In this document: positions 48,896-58,222 of the stretch, piece after piece
How positions within the stretch are numbered: position 1 is the stretch's first letter
Layout: the number at the start of each line of letters is the position of its first letter
Source: Candidatus Poribacteria bacterium
GTDB taxonomy: Bacteria > Poribacteria > WGA-4E > GCA-2687025
Length of the DNA: 64,000 bases
Direction of reading: 5' to 3'
Assembly (NCBI GenBank): GCA_963665845.2
Contig: OY762492.1
Coordinates: forward strand, 2,368,001-2,432,000
Notes under the pieces: generated by a model
Told to the model about the DNA's origin: nothing
Databases searched by the model: none
What the model saw: the letters and a program-made list of their open reading frames with translations, nothing else
Translations under genes and position numbers: made by a program

Positions 48896-49897
48896 CTACC
48901 GCTGCGCCTCGTCTATGTCCCAAATCAGAACCTCGTTATTGGAAAATGCGGCGACCGAACTGCCGTCAGGAGAAACCGCAATCGGAATGGAGCTGATTGT
49001 TCCCAGTGGATTATGAAGCGTTTGAAGCAGCGCGCCTGTTTTGACATCCCATATCTTAATGGTTTTCTCTCCGCCGGTGACGATCCTCTTTCCGTCCGGC
49101 AAATAGGCGGCAGAATGAAGTAATTCTTGATGGGGGTCCAACGTCTGAAGCAGCGCGCCTGTCTTGACATCCCATATCCAGACGGCCTCGTCAACGGTCT
49201 CGTAAAAGGATACGCTGGCAAGCTTCTTTCCGTCCGGCGAATACGCCGCCGAAAAAGCGAAGAAGAAAGCCCCTTGAAGCGTATGAAGCAGCGCGCCTGT
49301 TTTCACATCCCATATCTTGACCGAGCGGTCGCCGTTTACGGCCGCGATCGTCTTTCCATCCGGAGAAAATACGATCGAAATTTGGCGATCTCTATATTGC
49401 GCAACTTCATGGAGCGTCTGAAGCAGCGCGCCTGTTTTGACATCCCAAATAGTGATCGAATTTGCGGGAAGTCCATCCGCCGCGGCGATTTTCTGTCCGT
49501 CCGGCGAATACGCAGCGCTGGATCTGTAGGGTCGGGCAATTTGTCTGAGCGTTTGTACGTTCTCAACATTCCACAGGCATAAACCGGGGCTGCCGCCGGC
49601 GACGGCGATCGTTGCCCCTTCGGGAGAAACGGCCGCGGAGCGGGCGCCGCTGTAATTCGCCGTATGGAGAAGCCGGCCTGAGACGGCGTCCCAGATATGA
49701 ACGCCGTCATCGCCTGCAGTGGCGATCCTCTTGCCGTCAGGGAAAAAGGCGGCAGACCAAGCGCGGACAGCATGCCCCGGCAAAATGATGCGAGGCTCAA
49801 TTGCTTCCGTATCAGCGCCGCGCATGAGCAGAAAAAAAGCGGCAACGGCCGTCAGCGCGGCCGCCGAACCGATGATCAGCCGTTTATACATGCCCAT
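48896..49897 (-). CDS. Membrane-anchored WD40 repeat protein
   Basis: N-terminal TM/signal; four near-identical IWDVKTGALL(Q/H)TL repeats. Confidence 0.9.
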   Translation of the reverse strand: MGMYKRLIIGSAAALTAVAAFFLLMRGADTEAIEPRIILPGHAVRAWSAAFFPDGKRIATAGDDGVHIWDAVSGRLLHTANYSGARSAAVSPEGATIAVAGGSPGLCLWNVENVQTLRQIARPYRSSAAYSPDGQKIAAADGLPANSITIWDVKTGALLQTLHEVAQYRDRQISIVFSPDGKTIAAVNGDRSVKIWDVKTGALLHTLQGAFFFAFSAAYSPDGKKLASVSFYETVDEAVWIWDVKTGALLQTLDPHQELLHSAAYLPDGKRIVTGGEKTIKIWDVKTGALLQTLHNPLGTISSIPIAVSPDGSSVAAFSNNEVLIWDIDEAQR

Positions 49898-49998
49898 GGA
49901 CGCCTTAACTGCCCCTGGATACTGTCGCCTTTGAAATAAAGCGTTCCGTCCAGGTCGATCAGCAGCGCTTCAATCGGCGCCTGCTCTTCTCCCGTCAT
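49876..49998 (-). pseudogene. 5' remnant of a HAD-IIA hydrolase
   Basis: Manual translation MTGEEQAPIEALLIDLDGTLYFKGDSI... carries HAD motif I (DxDGTL); ATG overlaps the upstream TGA; frame lost after about 27 codons. Confidence 0.75.
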
Positions 49999-51599
49999 GG
50001 ATTTGCAGAACGCGCAGGCTCGCCGTCCGAGAGCCGCCGCTGCCCCGCGACAATGAGCGTATCGCCAAAGTTCAACCCCTCCGTCACTTCGACCCTGTCG
50101 CCGTCCCGCAGCCCGAGCTGAACCGGTCGGCGAACGGCAAACCCGTTCTCCAACACAAACGCCGCCCCGTCCACCACCGCGGAGAGCGGAATGACGATCG
50201 CGTTCGCCCGCTCCTCCACCGCCGCGGACACGGACGCGAACATCCCAGGACGCAAAAACCCCGTCTCATTGGACGCGACAATCTCCACACGCGCCGAACG
50301 GGTAACAGGGTTCAACTTCGGCGGAATCACATACACATGCCCCTCCACCGGCGCCGGCGCGCCGACCGCCGTAATCAGAACGCGCATGCCGAGAGAGACG
50401 CTCGGCAGATCCGCGTCGATCACATCCACCACCGCCTTCACCGTCTGAACGTCCATGATCTCAAACGCGGGCGAGGCGGGGGACGCAAACCCGCCCTGCT
50501 CTACCCGCCGCTCCGACACGACGCCTGAAATCGGCGAAACGATGACCGCGTCCAGCCATTTCTTTTTTGCCAGCTCCCAGCTCGCTTCCGCCAGCGCGCG
50601 GTTCGCCCGCGCCGTGTCGATCTCCGCCTTCCAGCTCAGCGCGTTCTCCTGCGCGAGCGCGATCTTTTCGCCCGACTCGGCGAGCTGGAGCTTCGTTCGC
50701 GCCGTCTGCAGATCGGTTTCCCACGTCTCCGCGTTCACCTGCGTCATGGCGAGGTCTAGCGCCGCCTGCGCCTGCGCCGCCTGCGCCTGCATCGCGTCCA
50801 CATCTTCCAACCGCGCGCCGTTTTCGATGGCGTTCAGCGCCTCGGACGCGGTGTCGCGCCGCGCGCGGGCGACGTCCAGCGCCGTCTCTGCCGCTTCTCT
50901 GTCCCGTTCGCTGAGGGCGCCCTCCTCAAACAGCCGCCGCGCGCGTCCGTATGCTTTCTCCGCCTGCTTCAGGTTCGCCTCCGCCAGCGAGAGCGCCGCC
51001 CGCGCCTGTTCCCGTTCCTCGCTTCGCGCGCCCGCTTTTATCTTGTTCAGGGACGCCTGCGCCGCGTCAAGAGCCGCCTGCGCCTGCGCCGCCTTCAGCT
51101 GAACCGTTCGCTTTCCAATCTTGTTCGCCATTTCCAACGCTTGGCGCGCCGCTTCCGCCGACGCATGGGCGTCCGCGACGCGCGCCGCCGCCCGCGTTTT
51201 GGCGAGAGCCTGTGTCTGCTCATGCGCGATGCGGGCGGCGGCGTACTGCGCCTCTGCCTGCTTCGCCGCGAGCCTCAAGGTTTCGTCGTCCACCGCGGCG
51301 AGCAGATGCCCCTTCTCCACCCTATCGCCGACCTCCACCGCCAGCTCTACGATCTCGCCCGCAACCTTTGGCATGACCAGCACAGCGGAGCGCGCCTCTA
51401 TCGTTCCCGACCACTCCAGCCGCTTGTCGATGCGCCCGCTTCTGACCGGCTCCGTTTGAACCAGTCGAGGCGTCGGCATCTCTTGATCTGTTTGACTGGT
51501 TTCTTGACCGATGAGGACCGCAGCCGCAACCGCTAGAAATACCGCCAAAGCGCGCTTCATTGTCCACTCCGTTTCAAGCGAAGATGCAGAACGCAACAC
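49995..51599 (-). CDS. Efflux RND/ABC transporter periplasmic adaptor subunit with long coiled coil
   Basis: Lipoyl half-motifs (PKVAGEIVEL.VEVGDRV; SPISGVV), GAR.E repeats, LRPGMFA, EGL..GD. Start is probably 51560. Confidence 0.9.
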   Translation of the reverse strand: MLRSASSLETEWTMKRALAVFLAVAAAVLIGQETSQTDQEMPTPRLVQTEPVRSGRIDKRLEWSGTIEARSAVLVMPKVAGEIVELAVEVGDRVEKGHLLAAVDDETLRLAAKQAEAQYAAARIAHEQTQALAKTRAAARVADAHASAEAARQALEMANKIGKRTVQLKAAQAQAALDAAQASLNKIKAGARSEEREQARAALSLAEANLKQAEKAYGRARRLFEEGALSERDREAAETALDVARARRDTASEALNAIENGARLEDVDAMQAQAAQAQAALDLAMTQVNAETWETDLQTARTKLQLAESGEKIALAQENALSWKAEIDTARANRALAEASWELAKKKWLDAVIVSPISGVVSERRVEQGGFASPASPAFEIMDVQTVKAVVDVIDADLPSVSLGMRVLITAVGAPAPVEGHVYVIPPKLNPVTRSARVEIVASNETGFLRPGMFASVSAAVEERANAIVIPLSAVVDGAAFVLENGFAVRRPVQLGLRDGDRVEVTEGLNFGDTLIVAGQRRLSDGEPARSANP

Positions 51600-51605
51600 G
51601 CCCGA

Positions 51606-52418
51606 TCAGTCTACTTCAAGGATGTTTTCGCTCGTGTATTTTCCCCTCACGCCATCAATGCTGATCTCGCAGACTATCCTGTATTGACCTGCGCGGGCGG
51701 GAGAATAGGAGCAAATTTTTCCATCCACCTCTGTTCCTGGTATGTCAACCCATGAGCTGGAGGCGTTGTTTCTTCGCTGCCACTTTGATGTGTGCGTGGT
51801 GTACGTGACTCCGTTAATGGAGCTATCAACGATTTCGATGCACCTTCCCGCGGTAAAGAAAAGGAATTGAATTTTCCCATCGGAGATGACGAGCCCCTGC
51901 AACGGCTTGTATTCGCCGTTTCCGTTTCCGTTTCCGTTTCCGTCTTCTCTAACGACAGTGACTTCAAACGTCATCGGCTCTGCGTCTGCGTTTTCATGAC
52001 CGCTGTTGTCTGAAGCCGTAACGGTGATGATCGCGAAGCCAACGGACACACCCTTGATGGTCAGCGTCAGCCTCGTCGGCGCAGAACTGGAACTGGACAC
52101 GCTCAGATTTGTATCAATGAGGGCGGTTGATGAAGGGTCTATAGAAAAATCAACGTCATGCAGATCGCCAATATCGTCGCGGATGGCCGTTTCCACAGTG
52201 ATTGATTTTCCTAAATCGACCGACTGATCGGGTATCGCTTCGATCACAGGCTGGCTGTTGCCAGCGTCATCTTCCCCGCAACCTGCGAATGCGGCGATGA
52301 AACAGAGCAGAAAAGCAACTGACGCCGCTACAAAAGCGGACAGCTCGAAGTCAGTCAACCGAGCTCTTTGGAACTGTGTTTGCTTGACGGTTTTTATTAC
52401 CATGTTGATCCTGACCAT
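51606..52418 (-). CDS. Hypothetical lipoprotein with Ig/cadherin-like domain
   Basis: Lipobox FAGC, N.P.I..IPDQ...ITVTASD...FEVTV, GNGNGNG linker, Cys-containing C-terminal domain; lower GC. Start uncertain. Confidence 0.7.
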   Translation of the reverse strand: MVRINMVIKTVKQTQFQRARLTDFELSAFVAASVAFLLCFIAAFAGCGEDDAGNSQPVIEAIPDQSVDLGKSITVETAIRDDIGDLHDVDFSIDPSSTALIDTNLSVSSSSSAPTRLTLTIKGVSVGFAIITVTASDNSGHENADAEPMTFEVTVVREDGNGNGNGNGEYKPLQGLVISDGKIQFLFFTAGRCIEIVDSSINGVTYTTHTSKWQRRNNASSSWVDIPGTEVDGKICSYSPARAGQYRIVCEISIDGVRGKYTSENILEVD

Positions 52419-52575
52419 TTTGAGTGTCTTTTACCAACGTCTTGGATTATAGCATGGTTGTCGCGTCAAATCTACCACCTTACAGGACGTCATTCCCGCG
52501 CAGGCGGCGGATCTATGCGTTCGGCGGTGAATCCCCTTACAAATGGAGAACGCATTGTCGCCCGCCCGCGGAATC

Positions 52576-53346
52576 TTATTGCGCCATCCCGCGCGACTTC
52601 AGATACTCAAAGCTCATGCGCGCCGACTCGATGGGCGGGCGGACGCATCTGTCCTGCTCCACGATGAGCCATTCAACGCCGCTTTTTTTCGCCGACTCAA
52701 AGATGTCGTCCCAGTCCAGTATGCCATGCCCGACCTCCGCGAAGGGGCATTCGGCGTCGTCCGGCGCGGGCGCCCTGTCTTTGATGTGAAGATGCGGGAG
52801 CCTGCCGGCGTATTTGCGGATGTAGGCGCCGGGGTCTTCGCCGCCTGTTTGAATCCAGTACGTGTCCAGCTCGGCGCCCATATGCTCGGCGGGGATGTTC
52901 TCCAGCATATAGTCCAGCCCATGCTGTCCGTCCACGCCGCTTTCCAGCTCAAAAGCGTGGTTGTGGTACAGTATCTCCAGCCCCGCCTCGGCGGCGTTGG
53001 CGCATCCTTCAGCCAGCAGTTCGGTGACCTGTTTCCAGTCGTTGTTGAGACGGCGCAGATCGCCGCCGACGCCTGTCATGAGGCGCGTCACGCCGAGCGC
53101 CTTGGAGCGTTCGGCGAGGCGGTCGATGTCGCTGCGCATCTCCGTCGGCGAGCAGCCCCCGCCGATGAGCGTCATGCCGAGATCGTCCAGCGTCTCAAGA
53201 AACGCCTGGGCGTCCATGCCGCCGGGCGGCCCGCCCTCCACGCCGGCGTATCCGATGTCGGCGACCGCTTTGAGCGTCTCGTTCGGCTCTGCCGCCAGCT
53301 GATCGCGCACCGTGTACAGTTGAATGCCGATGGGTATGTTTGCCAT
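52576..53346 (-). CDS. Sugar phosphate isomerase/epimerase (xylose isomerase-like TIM barrel)
   Basis: GIQLYTVR, YHNHAFE, ELDTYW, HIKD, EVGHG, IVEQD. Confidence 0.9.
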   Translation of the reverse strand: MANIPIGIQLYTVRDQLAAEPNETLKAVADIGYAGVEGGPPGGMDAQAFLETLDDLGMTLIGGGCSPTEMRSDIDRLAERSKALGVTRLMTGVGGDLRRLNNDWKQVTELLAEGCANAAEAGLEILYHNHAFELESGVDGQHGLDYMLENIPAEHMGAELDTYWIQTGGEDPGAYIRKYAGRLPHLHIKDRAPAPDDAECPFAEVGHGILDWDDIFESAKKSGVEWLIVEQDRCVRPPIESARMSFEYLKSRGMAQ

Positions 53347-53371
53347 GCTTGCCCGCTTTCTTGCTTTTATT

Positions 53372-53956
53372 TTAGCGCCGCCCCAGCTTTTTGACCTCTG
53401 ACAGCGCTGCCTTGTATGTTTTCCATTGTTCAGGCGCCGCTTCTTTCAGCGCCGTTTCTGCCGCTTCCCGCGCCTTTTCGAAGCTCTTAGCGGCTGCGCT
53501 TTTTGCCGCTTTGCCGGTTCTCTCCGCGATGAGCGCCGCTTCCCATGCCTCCCATTCGCCGCTTGCGGCATCCTGCAGCGCGCTCTCCGCCTCGGTCAAC
53601 GCTGTCCACATGGCGCGCCGCGCGATATTCGCCGCGTTGTGCGCCGCGATGTAGGCGTCCCATTCGGCGGGCGCCGCCTGTATCAGCGCGTCCCGTTCTA
53701 TTCTGCCCAAAACGCCTACATATTCAATCGCGTAACCTCCGTTTGGAAACTCGGCGGCGCGGAATGTCTTCCGCGAAGAGACGCCGTTGTTCCGATATCG
53801 ATCCCATTCTGTAGGCGCCGCCTTCATGAGCGCGCGGCGCGCCTTTTCTTCCGTCTTAACCGCCTCGCGGCGCGCCTTTTGCGCGGGGGTCTGATCGCCG
53901 CAGCCCGACAGCGCCAGCGCCGCCGCTATTAACATGACGAATGCGGCGCGCCTCAT
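53372..53956 (-). CDS. Hypothetical alanine-rich helical-repeat lipoprotein
   Basis: Lipobox LSGC; four AL..AA(P/S)..W..(Y/W) repeats; 4-nt overlap with the upstream gene. Confidence 0.7.
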   Translation of the reverse strand: MRRAAFVMLIAAALALSGCGDQTPAQKARREAVKTEEKARRALMKAAPTEWDRYRNNGVSSRKTFRAAEFPNGGYAIEYVGVLGRIERDALIQAAPAEWDAYIAAHNAANIARRAMWTALTEAESALQDAASGEWEAWEAALIAERTGKAAKSAAAKSFEKAREAAETALKEAAPEQWKTYKAALSEVKKLGRR

Positions 53957-54972
53957 TCCGCTCCCTCCTTGGACACCTCCACCGATTCGCCCGTCTCCAT
54001 CGATTCAAAAATGGCGTCGATGGTGTTCATCTGTCCGACGCTGTTGCGGGCGGGTATGCGGTGCGTGTCGCCTGTTTCGAGGCAATCGAGCAGGTGGCGC
54101 ATTTGCAGGGCGAACTGATCGTACGGCTCAAATTCAAAGTCCTCTGAACGGCTCCGCGCCCGTAGATGCAGCGATGTCGCGCGTCCGCCGCAGTTCCATA
54201 CCGCGTCCATGCGCATCGACCCGCCCTGTCCGCCGATCTCAATATACTCCGCCGACCAGGAGGTCCACCCGACGGAGATTTGCGCCGTCCCGCCGCACGG
54301 GAAAACGAACAGCATATACGCCGCGTCGTCCACCTCAAAGCCCGGCTGCTTCGCGGCGAAGACGCGCACAGGGTCGGCGCCGAAAATGTAGCGCGCGTGG
54401 TGAATGTTGTAGCAGGCGAGGTCGTAGATGCTCCCGCCGCCCTGCGACTTCGTCCAGCGCCAGTTGCTGCCGGGCGTCCGCGCGTCTTTGCGCGAGCCGA
54501 TGCAGAAGGTGCTGCGCACCGTCGTCAACTCTTCGATGGCGCCTTCGTCGATGAGCGCCTTCGCTTTCATGTGTCTTGGGTGATGGCGGAATTTGAACGC
54601 CTCGGCGACCAGAACGCCGTTCTCTTCGCATGCGTCCACGAAGGCGGCCGCCTCGGCGCCGGTGGAGGTGAACGGCTTTTCGCACAAGATCGCCTTCGCC
54701 GCCTTCGACTCGGCAATCTGAATGCCGACCTCCGCATGGTAAGCGCCCCAGACGCAGATGACAGCGGCGTCGAACTCTTCGTTTTTCAACATCTCCTCAA
54801 GGGAGCCGTAATGGTTGTCGGCTCCGTAGTCATTGGCGTAACGCTCCGCCGCTTCGGGGCGTATGTCGCAGACGGCGGCGATATGGACATCCTCCAGCTG
54901 CCTGCATGCGTTGCCGTGCGCGCGGGAGATTCCGCCCGCTCCGACGATTCCGATTCGTTTGACATTGCTCAT
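53953..54972 (-). CDS. Gfo/Idh/MocA family oxidoreductase
   Basis: GIVGAGGI, LCEKP, EAFKFRHHP, GGGSIYDLACY. Confidence 0.9.
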   Translation of the reverse strand: MSNVKRIGIVGAGGISRAHGNACRQLEDVHIAAVCDIRPEAAERYANDYGADNHYGSLEEMLKNEEFDAAVICVWGAYHAEVGIQIAESKAAKAILCEKPFTSTGAEAAAFVDACEENGVLVAEAFKFRHHPRHMKAKALIDEGAIEELTTVRSTFCIGSRKDARTPGSNWRWTKSQGGGSIYDLACYNIHHARYIFGADPVRVFAAKQPGFEVDDAAYMLFVFPCGGTAQISVGWTSWSAEYIEIGGQGGSMRMDAVWNCGGRATSLHLRARSRSEDFEFEPYDQFALQMRHLLDCLETGDTHRIPARNSVGQMNTIDAIFESMETGESVEVSKEGAE

Positions 54973-54987
54973 CGTTCGTCTCCTTAA

Positions 54988-55587
54988 TTAAGACATCTTC
55001 GGCGCGGCTTCTAAACCCCATACTTCCCATCCTTCAGGGGCTGGGCCGCGGGCAAAAAGTTCCAACTTGCGCTGCGTCGGAAACATCTGGTCGATTCGTT
55101 TGCGTATCTCTTCCGGTTTTTGCGAATGCGTCCGCCGCGGTTCCGACAGCAGTTGCCGGACGTTGCGCGCGCCTCTCGGCGTCGGTATGCGCCCTTTTTT
55201 AAAAACAAGGCACAGCTCGCACTGGCTCATCGTATAAAAACCTGGGTTGACGCGCATCTTGTCCCAAACGAACGCGACCGTCGCCCAACGAAAACCCCAC
55301 GCTTTGCCGAGGTCAACGGCTTGATCTAGGTGCGGATTCGTTGTCCACATAAAAAGCAGGCTGTCCTCGGCGGCCGCCTGTCCAACATCAAGCGTTTTGA
55401 GAGCGGACAGCGCGACGGTCGGATAATGGCGGACGGCGCCGCCGGTGTCGCCGCTCCCGGCGCCGGCATGCTGCAGCTGCCCCTTGTAGTCCCACGGCGG
55501 ATCGGCGTACAGTATCTCAAATTGAGCGGGCGGCAGCGGCGGAAACAGCGCGCTGTCGGCGTCTGCGTTGTCGAACATGTTTTTCAA
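54988..55587 (-). CDS. MT-A70 family N6-adenine methyltransferase
   Basis: ILYADPPW, LFMW, AWGF, FVWDK, HSQKPE, KLELFAR, GWEVWG. Likely start is TTG 55587 or ATG 55578 (AAGGAG RBS; TGnTATACT upstream) rather than 55653. Confidence 0.9.
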   Translation of the reverse strand: MKNMFDNADADSALFPPLPPAQFEILYADPPWDYKGQLQHAGAGSGDTGGAVRHYPTVALSALKTLDVGQAAAEDSLLFMWTTNPHLDQAVDLGKAWGFRWATVAFVWDKMRVNPGFYTMSQCELCLVFKKGRIPTPRGARNVRQLLSEPRRTHSQKPEEIRKRIDQMFPTQRKLELFARGPAPEGWEVWGLEAAPKMS

Positions 55588-55694
55588 GCGCTCTCCTTCG
55601 GCGGGGGCGACGTTCGGATAGTATAACACACTTTCTGGAAAATTCAGGCGCATTGCAGGCGTTTTAAGATTCCCGCTTGCGCGGGAATGACGCG

Positions 55695-55792
55695 GCGCCG
55701 CGTCCGATTCCCCCTTGAAAAGGGGGCTAGGGGGTTTAAAGGAGGGCGCGGCTGCTGCGGCGCCTTAAGATTCCCGCTTACGCGGGAATGAC
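55695..55792. repeat. Composite repeat: CCCCTTGAAAAGGGG hairpin plus ATTCCC-N8-GGGAAT palindrome
   Basis: Alignable over ~95 bp with 63009-63110. The hairpin alone also occurs near 47765, 48795, 48822 and 60425. Confidence 0.8.
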
Positions 55793-55989
55793 GCGGCGGG
55801 GAGGGAATAACGCGGCGGGGAGGGAATGACGCGGCGGGGGAGGGAATGACGCGGCGGGGGAGGGAATGACGCGGCGGGGGAGGGAATGACGCGGCGGGGG
55901 AGGGAATGACGCGGCGGGGGAGGGAATGACGCGGCGGGGAGGGAATGACGCGGCGGGGGAGGGAATGACGCGGCGGGGGAGGGAATGAC
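55784..55989. repeat. G-rich tandem repeat (VNTR), 10 units of 19-20 bp plus a partial unit
   Basis: Unit GGGAATGACGCGGCGGGG(G)A, head to tail, no spacers. Confidence 0.95.
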
Positions 55990-56108
55990 AGCAAACGGGC
56001 TGAAGCTTCTTGAGAATCCGGCGGAAGCTGCTAGACTGCATGCGCCTTGCCTTCCGCTTGGATCGTCAGGCGCAGCGTCCATTTCCGTTTTTGTTAAAAG
56101 GAGACGCC

Positions 56109-57266
56109 ATGCCGCGCGTCCAGACAGGGCTTGAAACGCTTGCCGCCTCGGACTTCAAGGCGGTACAAAACATGCGCGTCGGACTCATCTCGAACCAGAC
56201 AGGCGTCGATTCGCGTTTTGAGGACAACGCTTCGCTCATCGTTCGGTCGGGGAAAGCGGAGCTGACAGCGTTTTTTGCGCCTGAACATGGGCTTCTCGGA
56301 ACGCAGCAGGCGGGCGGCAAAGTAGAGGACGCGCGGGAGCGCCGTTTTCAGATACCGGCGCATTCGCTTTACGGGAAACTGCGCGCGCCGTCCGACGCCC
56401 AGCTGGAAAACATTGACGCGCTCATCTACGACATTCAGCCTGTCGGCGCCCGATACTACACCTACCTTTCAACCTTGAAGGGCTGTCTCGAAAAAGCGGC
56501 GGAGGCGGGCGTTCGATTTGTCGTGTTAGACCGCCCAAACCCGCTTGGCGGCGAGGCGGCGGAGGGGTTCCCCCCGTTTGACGACAGGTTCCGCTCCTTC
56601 GTCTCATGCGCCCCCTTCCCGATACGGCATGGTCTCACCGCCGGCGAATTCGCCCGCTGGATCGTTCATGAATACGCGCTGGATGTCGACCTTGAAATCG
56701 TCCAGATGCGCGGATGGAAGCGCGCGATGTACTACGCCGACACAGGGCTGCCATGGGTCGCGCCGTCTCCGAACATGCCGACGCCGACGACCGCGCTGGC
56801 GTACCTGGCGTCCTGCCTCATCGAAGGGACGAACGCGAGCGAGGGGCGCGGAACGACGCAGCCGTTTGAGCTGTTTGGGGCGCCTTGGGCGGACGCTTAC
56901 GGTCTATGCGCGGATCTGAACGGGCTGGGGCTGCCGGGCGTCTGGTTTCGCCCGGCGTCGTTCAAGCCCTCTTTTTCCAAACACTCGGGGGAAGTATGCG
57001 AAGGGGCGCAGATGCATATCGCGGAGCCGCGGGCGTTCCGCGCCGTTCAAACAGGCATGGAGCTGCTTGCGGCGCTGCGCCGCCAGAGCGGTCAGTTTGC
57101 ATTCATCGGCGGTGAAAACCGAAAGATGATCGATCTGCTGCTGGGAAACGACGCGCCGAGGCGGGCGCTGGAAGCGGGGGCTGAAGGCAGAGAAGCGTCC
57201 GACGGATGGGAGGCGCGCGCAAAGGCATGGCAAGAAGAAACGGCGCATCTTCGCCTTTACGATTGA
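56109..57266 (+). CDS. DUF1343 / NamZ-like exo-beta-N-acetylmuramidase
   Basis: GLISNQTG, FAPEHG, HSLYG, LDRPNP, PSPNMP, SEGRGTT. ATG 56109 after AAGGAG. Confidence 0.9.
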   Translation: MPRVQTGLETLAASDFKAVQNMRVGLISNQTGVDSRFEDNASLIVRSGKAELTAFFAPEHGLLGTQQAGGKVEDARERRFQIPAHSLYGKLRAPSDAQLENIDALIYDIQPVGARYYTYLSTLKGCLEKAAEAGVRFVVLDRPNPLGGEAAEGFPPFDDRFRSFVSCAPFPIRHGLTAGEFARWIVHEYALDVDLEIVQMRGWKRAMYYADTGLPWVAPSPNMPTPTTALAYLASCLIEGTNASEGRGTTQPFELFGAPWADAYGLCADLNGLGLPGVWFRPASFKPSFSKHSGEVCEGAQMHIAEPRAFRAVQTGMELLAALRRQSGQFAFIGGENRKMIDLLLGNDAPRRALEAGAEGREASDGWEARAKAWQEETAHLRLYD

Positions 57267-57276
57267 CGCCCGCGCT

Positions 57277-57305
57277 TTGACAACGCCGACCCGTTCCAGT
57301 ACACT
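57277..57305 (+). promoter_or_regulatory. Predicted sigma70 promoter of the PhyH gene
   Basis: TTGACA-17 bp-TACACT. Confidence 0.65.
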
Positions 57306-57335
57306 CACCCCAACATCACACACAGGAACCTCAAC

Positions 57336-58130
57336 ATGCGCACCGAACTGACCCAAGACCAGATCAAGTTCTACCGAGAAAACGGCTTCATTGTGCTGGA
57401 CGAATTTTTAGACGCGGGCGAACTGGAGGAGTGGCGCGAAGCGGTTGATGAGACCGTCCACAAGCGGGGAATGTATCTTGACCCTGAAAAACGGCGCGAG
57501 AAAAGCGGCTACTACCAGCGCGTCTTCATTCAATCGCTCAACATGTGGAAAGAAAGCGAGCGCATCCGCAAGCTGATCCTCGATCCCAGAATCGGCGAGA
57601 TGTGCTGCAAGCTGGAGGGCATGAGCGGGTACCGCGTCTGGCATGATCAGGCGCTCATCAAGGAACCGTGGGCGAACCAGACCAGCTTCCATCTCGACAA
57701 CCCGTACTGGTCGTTCAGCTCGCCCCATGCGGTCAGCATCTGGGTCGCGCTGGACGACGCGACCTATCAGAACGGGTGCCTTTACTTTTTGCCGGGGACG
57801 CACAAGCAGGCGCGTTACGACAATGTCGGCATCGGTCCGCATTTCGGCGCGCTGCTTGACGTCTATCCTGAATGGGCGGAGATTGAGGCGGTCGCGGCGC
57901 CGATGAAGGCGGGCTGCTGCTCCTTCCACAACGGACTCGTCGCCCACGGCGCCGGCGCCAACGCGACGCCCGGCTATCGACGCGCCATGACCTGCGGCTA
58001 TATGCCGGACGGCGCTACCTTCAACGGCAAACAGAACATCTTGACGAACGAGCAAATAGCGCGGCTGGAGATCGGCGACCCGCTCATTGACCCTGAGCAG
58101 AACCCGCTCGTGTTCTCTACGGAGGGGTGA
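57336..58130 (+). CDS. Phytanoyl-CoA dioxygenase (PhyH) family protein
   Basis: FYRENGF, HLD (HxD), WVALDDA...NGCL..LPGTH, distal His in AHGAGAN. Confidence 0.92.
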   Translation: MRTELTQDQIKFYRENGFIVLDEFLDAGELEEWREAVDETVHKRGMYLDPEKRREKSGYYQRVFIQSLNMWKESERIRKLILDPRIGEMCCKLEGMSGYRVWHDQALIKEPWANQTSFHLDNPYWSFSSPHAVSIWVALDDATYQNGCLYFLPGTHKQARYDNVGIGPHFGALLDVYPEWAEIEAVAAPMKAGCCSFHNGLVAHGAGANATPGYRRAMTCGYMPDGATFNGKQNILTNEQIARLEIGDPLIDPEQNPLVFSTEG

Positions 58131-58180
58131 AGCGAACCGAAACGGCGCGGCAAACGGAATGGTAGGCGCGCTTTAGGGTT

Positions 58181-58222
58181 AAAAAAAAGAACCGAGGGAT
58201 CTTAGAGACACAGACCCCTCGG
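58181..58222 (-). terminator. Intrinsic terminator, minus strand
   Basis: CCGAGGGGUCU/AGAUCCCUCGG 11-bp stem (the G-U pair exists only on the minus strand) followed by UUCUUUUUUUU. Confidence 0.8.

Noticed and set aside
51916-51943. (CCGTTT)x4 microsatellite as a phase-variation switch
   Set aside because: A 6-bp unit keeps the frame; it encodes a Gly-Asn linker.
55784-55989. Possible CRISPR array
   Set aside because: Units are contiguous with no unique spacers and no cas genes are present. It is a simple tandem repeat; the repetitive ORFs on the minus strand are artefacts.
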